A stretch of DNA of 63,469 nucleotides, filler included, from Octopus bimaculoides (lineage: Eukaryota), in NCBI RefSeq assembly GCF_001194135.2. It is 4 parts of 3 records of this genome, joined end to end, with 100 filler letters (N's around TTAATTAATTAA, not from the genome) between each part and the next. Parts side by side here need not be neighbours in the genome. Positions count along the whole stretch, not along the records: positions 1 to 22,957 come from NC_068987.1; 3 more parts are not named here. One strand, 5' to 3'. The notes under the pieces are model-generated. The model was not told the origin of the DNA. It was given only the letters and a program-made list of their open reading frames with translations, and did no database searches. Positions 1-11,575 of the stretch are shown here, one piece after another (the stretch's first letter is position 1; the number at the start of each line of letters is the position of its first letter). The position numbers and the translations under genes were made by a program.

Positions 1-1220
1 GTATGTCTATCAAAAGATTCACATGTCCGCGTCTCTAAGAGTTTATTATGTGAATGCTTCAGAATCTTCATTGATTTTCACCTAGAGATACACTGTTTAC
101 GACCCTGGAGTGGATTAAATTTTTGAAGCCTGTATAATGGAAGTCGCTCGGGAATTTTTTTTTTTAAATAATTAAGTCATGTAGTGTTTCTATTAGAAAG
201 GCGTATGTAAATATGATTTGTTTGGGACGCACTTTTCTCTATCCTTACAAACACTGCAAGCCATTTACTCATCTCTACTATCGCAAACAGCACCACTCAG
301 TATGACATTTTGAGTAGGTTGACAAATTTATGTATAATCGACATATATATCAACTCTATCCATCCTATTTAATTTTTTATCATATAATTTTTGAACTGTG
401 TAAAACATATCTTTTTATCCAAATAGCATATTTACATAGCGATACGTACATACGTACTTAATTTTCAAGAAAATACCCACGCTGATCTATTGAGGAATCT
501 ACATCTACTCTATCCAGATTAGAACTTCAGGTTTATACATATAATTATTGTGGTTCTGGGAAATGTAACACACTGCCGAAATATCAATCTTGAGAAACTA
601 GGCTTATCAAAACCAGAAACCTAGAAGATGATTCGAAGACTACAGATTCAAGCTATCACTTGAACTGTACAAATCTCTAAAATTTCCAGAAGTTTGTAAT
701 TTATGTATATATCAGTACGTCTAGACATGCAACTATATGCATGGGAATGCATGCATGCAACAAAATATACAAATCTGCACATATACTTAATATATACATA
801 CATACATACATACATACATACGTACAAAAATACCTTTTTTATGTTGTAGAAATTCCAATTAAGTAGTCTTGAACCTAGGTTAGGAACCAACGTTTTCTCT
901 ATTGGCAAGAAATCTTGAAAGAAAACTGAATAACGATATACATACAATTCAACTTTCTCGCTTATTCCATTTTCCATCTCTATCGTTTGTAATATACATA
1001 CATACATACATACATACATACATACATACACACACACATACACACACACACAAGCACACACACACACACATACACACACACACACAAACACACATATATA
1101 TATATATTATAAGGGAAATTATCTAAGGAACACATCTAGGCAATCAATACAATTTCCAAAGCATAATTTAAACCACACAACGAAATAAATATACATATAA
1201 ATTTGTATAAATAAATGAAT

Positions 1221-1620
1221 AAAATTACATGTAAAAGTTATATATGAAAACTATACTTCGTCTACTTTGGGTTCAAATACCGAATGGAGGAGTGACATAT
1301 ATAGCGTAACATCCAATAGACTATGCAATATTAGTGTCCCTGGCACCTGTTCATTTGCCGGCTCATGTTGACGCTACGACGTTGTCTATAAGTGCGTGGG
1401 TACTGTATCTAATGGCTAGAGGAAAGTATATATTGGGATCATGACCTACTTCAAAAGGGGTTATAGAGCCCAACTGAATTTTTTCACAAACAGTAAATTG
1501 AAGACAGTCACCACTTTAGCGGCCTTTATGATAACCTTAGAGATAGGAGTTGAAGTATGAACTATGATGGTTCTTAATAGCCAACGTCCCTCCATTTGGT
1601 AATGGACCGGATAGATGTAA
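1221..1620 (+). mobile_element. Degenerate Penelope-like element, GIY-YIG endonuclease region
   Basis: Manual translation through stops gives LCNISVPGTCSFAGSC*RYDVVYKCVGTVSNG*RKVYIGIMTYFKRGYRAQLNFFTNSKLKTVTTL. This matches the PLE C-terminal CNC..CPL.G.C..VVY...YIG...FK.RY...F.N.K...T.L pattern. Confidence 0.75.
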
Positions 1621-1732
1621 ATTATGTATTGGGGAATCGTATCTATTTCTGAAAATATTTAGTGCTAATATGCTGAATAAATTTTCAGATGCGATTCCCT
1701 CATGTTCCCATAAGTTCTATTCAACATTTTTA

Positions 1733-2039
1733 AGGACACATAGAATTAGACGTGCTAACTAAATCTATTAAAACTTATTAATATTTGAATCTCTTTGCCG
1801 TGAATCTTAGATCCTTCCATTCTAGTCAGTACATTATCACTTACACATGAACTCTTAAATTTACTACTACTAATAAAAAATATACCCCTAAATTCTATTC
1901 AATAACTCTAAGGGTATATAGAATTAGATCCGGTAACTAGATCTATTAAAACTTATCCTATTAATATTTGAATATCTTGGCTATGAACTTTAGATACTTG
2001 CATTCTAACCAGTATATTATCATTTGCATATGAGCTCTG
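1733..2039 (-). repeat. Two diverged tandem ~126-bp copies (1733-1858, 1911-2039), probably PLE-derived
   Basis: Shared blocks such as TAGAATTAGA and ATCTATTAAAACTTAT. The reverse complement weakly resembles the 4185/4526 repeat (CAAGTATCTAA, ATATTCAAAT). Confidence 0.6.
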
Positions 2040-2126
2040 AAAATTCATTTATGAAAATTATAAAATGATCTGTTCATTCTCTAATGTAACAAATTATTTT
2101 CGTGTAGGATTTCATCATGAAGGAAA

Positions 2127-2209
2127 CCACCCTGAGGAGTGGGCCATTATGGTTTTGCATATGGAACGGCATTATACACTTAATGTACCGCTGAAACAGC
2201 CGTAGATGA
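2127..2209 (+). ncRNA. Degenerate type I hammerhead ribozyme motif (PLE-associated)
   Basis: CCACC-CTGAGGA (2132-2138), a 54-nt stem II domain (GTGG...CCGCT), then GAAAC-AGCC-GTA-GATGA. Stem I has 2 mismatches and the stem III loop is one base off palindromic AGCT. Confidence 0.5.
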
Positions 2210-2734
2210 TATCCTTTAACCCCGATTTTGCATATTTATTTTAGGTAATAATATTTACAAAATTTATTTACCTCTGAATTTCTTAATTTTGAACTCTCAT
2301 CCCATTGCGTATATAAACGTCAACTTTTTAATGGATTGGAGCATTTCCTTTTGGAAGCTCTTATTTTGGATATTTATCTCTATATTTTGTCACTTCTCCA
2401 TTCAGTATGTGAACCCAACGTACATGATGCATAGTTTTCAGATATAACTTTTAAATGTCATTTTATTCATTTATTTATGTATATTCATATGTATATTTAT
2501 TTCGTTATGTGTTCCTTCTATAACTTCACTTATCCTTCAATTTATCTCGCAGTGAGCACTTCTTAATACAGCCCATATATTGTGAAGTATACTTAAAAAC
2601 GTAATATATATATATAGATTCTAATGAATATGATACTTACGTTTAGGCACCAGAATTAAGTATGATATTATCCAATACAGTTTCAAAATAAGGTCATTAA
2701 AGTCAAAATAAGCAACAAGAATACCCAACGTTAT

Positions 2735-2822
2735 TGCAGTACGATCGTTTCATGTTACTCCATTTAATTAAGCAATGTGAACATTACATCAAATATAAAA
2801 TGTAGAGCAATCTTCAGCTGCA
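2735..2822 (-). ncRNA. Type I hammerhead ribozyme motif with intact core and long stem II
   Basis: The minus strand reads TGCAG-CTGAAGA-(59 nt)-GAAAC-GATC-GTA-CTGCA. Perfect 5-bp stem I, palindromic GATC stem III loop, GUA cleavage triplet. Confidence 0.7.
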
Positions 2823-3129
2823 CAAAGATATAGAAATTTAAAGAAATTACATTTAAACAGGACATATTTTTATAATTAAATCTAATCTCACCAAATAGAA
2901 ATGAAGAATACAAAAGACCATTTTGACTTAGCCAGACCATACAGGCTAGTAAATAATTCTAAGCAGATTTTCAACTGTCAATGATTTTTTTTTTCTGATT
3001 TATCTTATCAGACCTAGTAATTCAAAGCTTAAGAGGACACTGGAATTTTCTTTTAAGGGTTAGGAGTAAACAATATAAACAGTAGACATGGATGATATAG
3101 TTATATAATTTCTTGGGGTTTGGTGACAA

Positions 3130-4330
3130 ACTACTATAGGGGTGATTTCTCTCCTAGCAGACCAGTTTATAATGGAACAGGGGAAGTATGATCATAAGAC
3201 ACCTAGGTCAAGCGTATGTAAAATAAAGTTGCTATATTGTATACAGATACAGTAAATGGTTATTCATAGTTTTCATTAATCAGAATAATATATCAGTATT
3301 GCTTTACATATGCTAAGTTTGAAATACTTGAGATACCAATATTTGCTTAATTAATATGTGTATAAATAAAGGTTAATTACAAATTAATAATGAAATGGAA
3401 TGAAATAGTGTATAATAATATAAATAATCAATTAAGGCAGTATGCAAAAACAATGAAGTGGTATTAATTTAAAATGCTATGGTAAAGTACATTTAGACTT
3501 ATTTACACCAATATAAAGGACCCACAGATAAGATGTGAAATTAAAATTTTAAACTTAAACTTATATATCTAATTTCATTAAAAGGACACATAAGACATAC
3601 ATTTATTATACAGTTAATTTAGACAATTGATACATAAGATTTACCTGGTATATAATGATGGACTCATCAAGGTTTAAGAAACTGATAAAATGAACGATTG
3701 GAATTAACATAGAATATAATGGTGAACTAAACTGTTAATAGAGAACGTGATAATTATGTACTGATTTAATTAGATGGCACTATCTTAAATTATCAGGAGC
3801 TGGTAATAACTTAAATATGCTAAGTACAAAATAATAATGGAACAAGGATTAGATTTATTTAAGTCACCCATAAATAACAATGGTAATACTACAACAACAA
3901 TGGAATAGCATGAAACGTTTAGAGTCGGGCATCAAATAAAATTTTAAAGGGTTTAAAATCTATTAAAATACTATTAAAAATTTCAAGCACCCTATTCATT
4001 AAAGTTAAGTAAAATACACACTAAACTAACAGCAATAGCAAATATGATATGGAAAAAATTTTAGTAAACAGTAAAACCATATACTATCAATGGATAATGT
4101 TAGAATTTTAGTTTTCACAGGAAGATTATACATTAAGGTGTAAGAGCCAACATTTGCTATAAAAGTTTAATTTCAATTTAAATATGTGATTTAGTAATCA
4201 CAATAAATAAGAATTAGAGAAAATATTTAATATATCCAATATCTAAAGCTGAAAATATTCAAATTTATTTGATTAGCTTATCTCTATAGTAACTACAATC
4301 CAATCTAGACTAAAGGAAAGTTAATGTTAT
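3130..4330 (+). mobile_element. Degenerate Penelope-like RT remnant
   Basis: Frameshifted motifs occur in PLE order: YAKFEILE (~F..FDI.EFY), YLVYNDGLI (~GLYRDDGL), IGINIEYN, SHP*IT..IL...MKRLES (~SNHPP..K.IP...RLS), LKIFKFI*LAYLYS. Confidence 0.55.
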
Positions 4331-4666
4331 AGCTTGTATTTTTAAGGATGAAGTAAAGATACCCACGTTTGTATATTATAAGGATAGATTTATAGGAGTG
4401 CGAAAAAATAGGTATGCCTGGAGGTAATTATGAGGTATAAAATAGTCATGTAGGGTAGAAAAAACATCATGGAAAGGAAAAGGGTATATATTAGTCAAAT
4501 CTCTAACATCATGATGAAGTTAACGTGTGATTTGGTAATCACAATAAATAAGAACTATAGAAAGGATTTGATATATCAAGTATCTAAGACTAAACTTGTT
4601 TAACATTTACTTAATTAGCTTATCTCTATAGTAACTACAATCCAATCTAGTCTAAAGGGAAGTTAA
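4185..4666 (+). repeat. ~140-bp direct repeat (4185-4324 and 4526-4666)
   Basis: Both copies share the identical 37-bp core ATTAGCTTATCTCTATAGTAACTACAATCCAATCTAG. Confidence 0.9.
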
Positions 4667-6007
4667 ATGCTATGGAATAATTACTACAACGCTTTCTGTA
4701 GCATATATTGTATGAAGGATAGTGAGTAAGACCAGGACAATGGGATGTAAATACAAGGCAAATCACAAGAAAACAAATGTATGAATTAATGTAGACTTAC
4801 CTTGTTGCCGATGTGCGTGTGTGAGCGTGTTGCTGTGCGTGGAATTGTGTTCCTATAGCAACCAGCTAGCTTCCTGTAACATCAGTAACGTTCGTTAATT
4901 TCTTGAAAATGGGGTCATGAACCTGAAATATTGAATGCAAGTCTACATTAATTCATATATTTTTCTTGTGATTTGCCTTGCATCTACTTCGCATTGTTAT
5001 AGCCTTATCCACGATCCTTAATACAATATGCTTGCATGCATACATACATCTATATATGTATGTATGTATATATATATATATATATATATNNNNNNNNNNN
5101 NNNNNNNNNNNNNNNNNNNNNNNNNNNNNNNNNNNNNNNNNNNNNNNNNNNNNNNNNNNNNNNNNNNNNNNNNNNNNNNNNNNNNNNNNNNNNNNNNNNN
5201 NNNNNNNNNNNNNNNNNNNNNNNNNNNNNNNNNNNNNNNNNNNNNNNNNNNNNNNNNNNNNNNNNNNNNNNNNNNNNNNNNNNNNNNNNNNNNNNNNNNN
5301 NNNNNNNNNNNNNNNNNNNNNNNNNNNNNNNNNNNNNNNNNNNNNNNNNNNNNNNNNNNNNNNNNNNNNNNNNNNNNNNNNNNNNNNNNNNNNNNNNNNN
5401 NNNNNNNNNNNNNNNNNNNNNNNNNNNNNNNNNNNNNNNNNNNNNNNNNNNNNNNNNNNNNNNNNNNNNNNNNNNNNNNNNNNNNNNNNNNNNNNNNNNN
5501 NNNNNNNNNNNNNNNNNNNNNNNNNNNNNNNNNNNNNNNNNNNNNNNNNNNNNNNNNNNNNNNNNNNNNNNNNNNNNNNNNNNNNNNNNNNNNNNNNNNN
5601 NNNNNNNNNNNNNNNNNNNNNNNNNNNNNNNNNNNNNNNNNNNNNTATATATATGTATATATATGTATATGGGTATATATACATATATATACATACTCAC
5701 AGACACGCACATTTATATATATGATTTCTTAATATAAAAATCATCGAACGATGAATGTGATAAATTGGCAGTTTAGTTTCTTGGGAACATCTGTGCATAT
5801 ATCAGATGTATGTAGCTTATTTTCTTTCGTTTGAAATTCTTGATCTGACACATTCAATAGCGCAATGCATTTTGAATAAACCTTTTTTCTTTTCTCCAAA
5901 TACATTTACACCGTATCCGCTCGGATACCCACGTATAAGAAATCACTACTTTGTATACTCACACATAAGCACAGACAAGCACCATCTCATAGGTACATAC
6001 ATAAACT

Positions 6008-6054
<47 letters not shown>

Positions 6055-7014
6055 ACACACACACACACTTAGTTATAGATGTTATATCTGAAATCCTCAT
6101 CGATCTAAGTATTAGTTCATTATTGCTGCACATAACATTCATCATTAACAGTTAATAGAACGAGCCAGTGAAGCCGAACTCACAAATTCGAGGCCATGAA
6201 TATCTCGTAAAGCATTACCCGTTACGCATCAAACATCATTATTAATTGTTTTTTTCTATATCGGAAGAAAAGCATTCCCACATGCGGATTAGAGAAGAAA
6301 ATGAAGGGTAAACGCTTGAAAAGCAATTTGAAATCAGTCCACACGTTCTAAGTCGCAGATGCTCAATAATGCTTTGTTTTATTCAAGCATAACATCAATA
6401 ACCAATGCAACATAGCTCTGTTCAGTTTTTTTTTTTTTACTATTCCAAATCATTAACAGTCGAGGTCGCGTAACATTCTTGCCATAGATAATATAGTGAA
6501 ACGTTTTCACGTAAACATATATGGCAAAATATAAGAGTAAATATAAATGTCAATGTATAAAGGTAAATGTAAATAAGAGAAACAGTGAAAATGTTTTCTT
6601 TTTGCACAAGTCTCGAAACTTTTAGTGTTTTTCAGAAGATAGGTGAAAATTGTAGATTAAAGATTTAGATTAGCAGGTAAGAGGAAAACTCAAAAATATA
6701 TGACAAAATATTCGGTTATTCAAAGGCGATTGATTGAAGTAGAAACTACAGTTTAACACTAAATTGTTCCAAAAAGACAATAAATTGTAAATACAGACTA
6801 ATTTCACACCAATTAAATCCTCGTGATACAAAAAGACATATGTCAAATTGTTAAAATCAAAACTTTTGGCTTTAGGTATATGTATTTATTTATACGTGCT
6901 TGCATGAGTAAACATTTTTAAATGTATTTTTATACTTACGTATATGCATACATACGCACACACATACATACATACATACATACATGTGTGTATGTGTGTG
7001 TGTGTGTGTGTTTG

Positions 7015-7254
7015 TGACGGACTCGCTCGTCGGGGACGATGAATCCTCGCACAGCTGCACAAATGATTTGTGTACAGTGATTAAACATTCGTGTCGTTCA
7101 CTCTCTCCACCAAATCGACGCTGTCTGAACAGATTGCACTGTGTGCCACACATTAGGTGCTGAAGTGATCACAGAGCAATGTTAGATGAAGTGCTTTGCT
7201 CAGGAAATCTCGCGGTCGTGAGTCCAGCAACCTAACGCTAGGCCGTGCGCCCTC

Positions 7255-7257
<3 letters not shown>
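7015..7257 (-). mobile_element. tRNA-headed SINE fragment
   Basis: The reverse complement begins GAGGGCGCACGGCCTAGCGTTAGG...GACTCACGACCGCGAG, an A-box-like tRNA head. Confidence 0.5.
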
Positions 7258-7298
<41 letters not shown>

Positions 7299-8499
7299 NN
7301 NNNNNNNNNNNNNNNNNNNNNNNNNNNNNNNNNNNNNNNNNNNNNNNNNNNNNNNNNNNNNNNNNNNNNNNNNNNNNNNNNNNNNNNNNNNNNNNNNNNN
7401 NNNNNNNNNNNNNNNNNNTATATATATATATATATATATATATGATTATGTATAACTTGTGCGTGCGTATCTGCATGTATGCGCATATATTTAAATGAGT
7501 ATGAATATGTACATACCTACGGGATGTTTCATGCTTTAACCCGAAAGGAAGATGAACCCCGATGTTCCATGTGATAGGCTTGAAAATAGATAAGGTTTCT
7601 TTAACATGAAAACAATGGACTTAATCCACAAACAAAGAATCTTTGTCCACCAATGCGGTGTTAAGCACCGATTGTCATTTTTCGATAGATACATACATAT
7701 ATACATAATACATACCTACATATACACACACATTATATTTTATATATTATACGTTATATACTAACGTTTGTTTTTTTTTATGTTCAGCGACAATGAAAGC
7801 CGTATTCACATGCAAATGATATATTACTCGGTACTTTTTTAGATTATTAAACGCATTGAATAATCCTTTCGGTTAATGCTTACTTGTTTTTATCGTGCAT
7901 AGAATAGAAGCATTAATGAAGTAGCTCTCTTCTGATGTGTGTTCTTTCTTAACATTAGTTAAAAAAACAGGAACAGATGCAACCATACCATTTACACTTT
8001 TGAATGCAAAACAAAGCAGTACTAACCAGGAAGTACTACCAAAAATCAATTCTCCCCCCCCCCAAAAGGCTAAAAGTTCAGAGGAAAATTTAAGATCATG
8101 CAAAAAGACAAAAAGAAAAAAGCTCCAGCATGACCACAGCCACTTGGCTGAAACCCATAAATAAATAAATAAATAAATAGTACAGATTTAATTCGGGCAA
8201 AATTCAACTGACTACTCTGTTAGTACATCTGCATGAAGATGATTAATTCGCGTAGAAACAAGGCATTACATTGAACAAAACCAACAACTTGCTGAAATAC
8301 CAAAAAACAACAGCAACACTACCACAATTTTGCACCAAGAGCAACACTACTACACATTTGCACCAATAAGACGACAACCCTCAAACCCATGGCTTTAAGA
8401 GTTCGAAGTGCAAATCCTAACTCAACTAATTTTAGTCGCCTTTTACAAAATGCAGACAAAAGGTTGGATTTATTCGTTTGATATGCTGGGTTCTCGCCT

Positions 8500-8620
8500 C
8501 ACACATCACTAGATTAACGTAAAATGAAATGTCTTGCTCAAGATCATGACACGCCGCCCGGTAGGAGAATAGAACCTATGTTTTGGTGATCGTGAGTGTA
8601 ACACTTTAACCACTAAATAC
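8500..8620 (-). mobile_element. tRNA-headed SINE 5' part
   Basis: Reverse complement GTGAAGGTGCGGTATTTAGTGGTTAAAG...GGTTCTATTC...CTTGAGCAAGACAT; same family as 23393. Confidence 0.7.
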
Positions 8621-8759
8621 CGCACCTTCACAAGTACTGAAACTGAAAAGTGACCACATTAAAATAAGTTTGTGAAATTTTACCAGGCATGCCAAACTAC
8701 TAATCACTCGTTTCGTTGTAATGCAGTTTCGGACACGTGAACAATTCAAACTAAGCAGG

Positions 8760-10290
8760 TTTAAATGATATAAGCACCACGGGTAAAAACATAGCCGGTA
8801 AGATTAAGATGGGAGATAGAAATCTTAAGTACACATGCTCATATATATGCATGAAAGTCTTTAAACCCAATTTCAATAGCAAGCCATCTGTGAGAGGTAT
8901 AACTCCTTCAAAACCAGACATAGCCATTATTAGTAAAGAATTATCCTCTGTAAGGAAAGCAATCTCGATATTACCTCTCTGGAGTAACACATACGCAAGA
9001 ATAGATTGGTTTAATAAGATATCAAACAAAAACGAATGCAATTTTTCCAGTTTCACATGAAAGAAAACTACTCGTCTATAACAAAACCGATTATTATGAC
9101 CACTATGAACTTCGCAAAAAAACCAATAAGCGACACTGGAATATAGACAATAGTTGAAGCTAAGAAATCGCTCCTTGTTGGTATCAATTGTTTCAGAATT
9201 AAGAAAATGCTAACGAACCATTTGCAGTAAGGATGAGATCAAAGAACTCAGGAGAATTAAGTAACATTGTCGGCCTTTACGTATTTCCGAAATGTCACAG
9301 AAAATTTCAATTCGTCTTGGAGGATCTCTGCATGGAGGACGGTTTGCTCACATTCAGAAACGACAATCCACAAAAGCCGATAAATTTAAAATAGAATTGC
9401 ATCACTTCTTTTAAACATGATTCTCCATTTAGAATCACTCAAATTTTTCCATGTTACCTTCGATATTGAATCCAGTATTAATAAACCCACAATAAAGATA
9501 TCAGTAATATCTAGCGTCTACATACGCACGTCAACCTGCCAATAAAATTAAAAACTTAATAAGGAATATATCACAAAGACTTTCTTTCGTATAACCAAAC
9601 CCTCAGCAATAGCGGCTACAAGAAAAATGTATAATATATAAAGAACACCACCCCTACAACAAATAAAAAGCGCACGAGAATAGGAAAAGGGAAATTGTCT
9701 CGTTCCATTCACCCCTCAACATAGAAGCCTCCACACCAATAACTAAATCAGTTTTCAGAAACCTCCAAACAGATTTCCTCTCCAACCACAAGTATCACAT
9801 TAGCCAACTAAAAATGTTGAAAAAGCCTATCACCAATTACATCCACCGAAAACTTTCTGACAGCGAAAACCGAAAGCACACATGTAACATCAACAATTTC
9901 AACCTCAAAACCTTTCCATCTAAAAATAAATTCACTGGAAATATTGTCTATAGTGCAAGAGTTATAATGAACATTACACGTTCTACTACATCTACATATA
10001 TAGGGCCTGTAACAGACCATTGCTTAACAAGACGCAACCAATAGACACATAATTTTGCCAACCCAAACAGGAAAATATTACTTCACTATCCAAGCATATA
10101 TTGATATTAAAATTAAAAAAAATTACTACGTTTACCATTAACAAGAAAATATTGTCACACGCACAGCCATACCAAAATGTCAACAAACCATGCCAACTTT
10201 GTACTAAGGAATCTTAACACATTCTCATATTCAGAAATCAAAGTCCGAAACCAAATTCTAAATTAGTCTCTTCCTCCAAACACTAAATTA
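8760..10290 (+). mobile_element. Degenerate Penelope-like retroelement, RT plus C-terminal GIY-YIG
   Basis: Colinear motifs: KPNFNSKPSVRGITPSK..IISK..LWSNT..IDWFNKISNK; ENYSSITK; AKKSLL; FAVRMRSKNSGELSNIVGLY (~FDVTMGSYDGAE..ELVGLY); DLCMEDGL (~GLYRDDGL); NRKREIVSFHSP; NIVYSARV..TYIG; SHAQPYQNVNKPCQLCTKE. Many stops and frameshifts. Confidence 0.88.
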
Positions 10291-10461
10291 TTTCGAAACA
10301 ATAGTTTTTCTATCGGCTAAGCATGATATCGAAATGTTCCCAAACTCCCAGACAAAATATCCACACTCAGATTCACATTTTCTAGCTTGATAAAAGTTTC
10401 TGCCGGCTCGGAATTTTTCTGTTTTTTGTTTTGTAATTTGTATTAATTAATTTTTTTGATT

Positions 10462-10557
10462 GCTTGTTGCAGTCCCAACTTAATGTGGCAGTCCCAGGAA
10501 AGGGAAGAATACTACTGCTATATTTCCTAGGACTGCCAAATTAAGTTGGCAACAAGC
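10462..10557. repeat. Short foldback/hairpin element
   Basis: CCAACTTAATGTGGCAGTCCCAGGAAA (10475-10501) pairs with 10523-10549 (27 bp, 2 mismatches). An outer GCTTGTTG/CAACAAGC pair extends the stem. Confidence 0.8.
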
Positions 10558-11199
10558 CATCACTTAATCATGCTGCTACTGCATAACGCTGAGAGATTTA
10601 GAAATGAAATATTTCTAATTTTTAAAATTTACATTTCTATTTTTAATCATAATTGTACTGTCCCACTTTTGCGATAATATTCATTGGTTGAAAATAATAT
10701 ATTATAGAACACCTATGATGAAACCAAATAGAAGAAATATTTCTAAAAGCGTAGCTCACAAATTTTATTTCCCTGTGATAGGAAGCAAATAGATTCTTGA
10801 GCAATTCACATTTAGAGAAAAAAATTACTAACCATCTACCCTTTACACCTACCTACAGTCTTTTGTGAACATTAAAGTATGTGATAAATCTCTACACCAA
10901 TAGCACTATGACATACCCACACCATCTTAAAACAACTCTTATATGATATAAATAATCACTTCTACCATAGCCTGAAATTTGGGGAGGGGAATAGTCGAGT
11001 ACATCGACCCCAGTGTTCAACTGTTACTTTATCGACCCCTAAAGGATGAAAGGCAACGATTTTGTTAATGACTCTACCAGCTCGCTGCCTTATATACTCT
11101 AAACGATACCCCAAATAAAGAAATCTGGTAACCAAATAACCTTTCTTTTGTGAACACTTCAAAATTCCATGATCGACAACCTAAAGGAAAATTCCTAAT

Positions 11200-11560
11200 T
11201 ACAAACTATAAATACTTGACTTAATTCTGAAATATAAACTTCACATTTTCGAGATAAAATGTTAAATCAGTCATTGGTATCAAAATCATCCCAACAACAA
11301 CAAAACCCAATTACATGTTATCTGACCAAATTTCCTTTTCCCTTGCCTACATTCTTTTATGAGCCTCTAAAAACAACTCCATGACCTGCAGCTGAAACAC
11401 CTAAATAGACCTTACCTGATTAAACTTTTTGCATATATCAAAGAATTCCGAACAAAAACGAAACCCTAAATTTGATCAATAGAAATCTTCCGTAATACAC
11501 ATTGTCCCAACTACAGTACAACCAATTTATCGTTCAAAAGATCGCCTTCTACCCCAGGAA
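11200..11560 (+). mobile_element. Possible further PLE RT remnant
   Basis: ILDLILKY / NFTF...VIGIK resembles L.LIL.NN.F.F...Y.Q..GT.MG; highly decayed. Confidence 0.35.
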
Positions 11561-11575
11561 AGTTTAGATTTAGAA

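Noticed and set aside
3829-4340. Polinton/Maverick capsid resemblance (GLDLFKSP; GKLML.LVF)
   Set aside because: Only short AT-biased matches; colinear PLE RT motifs in other frames explain the region better.
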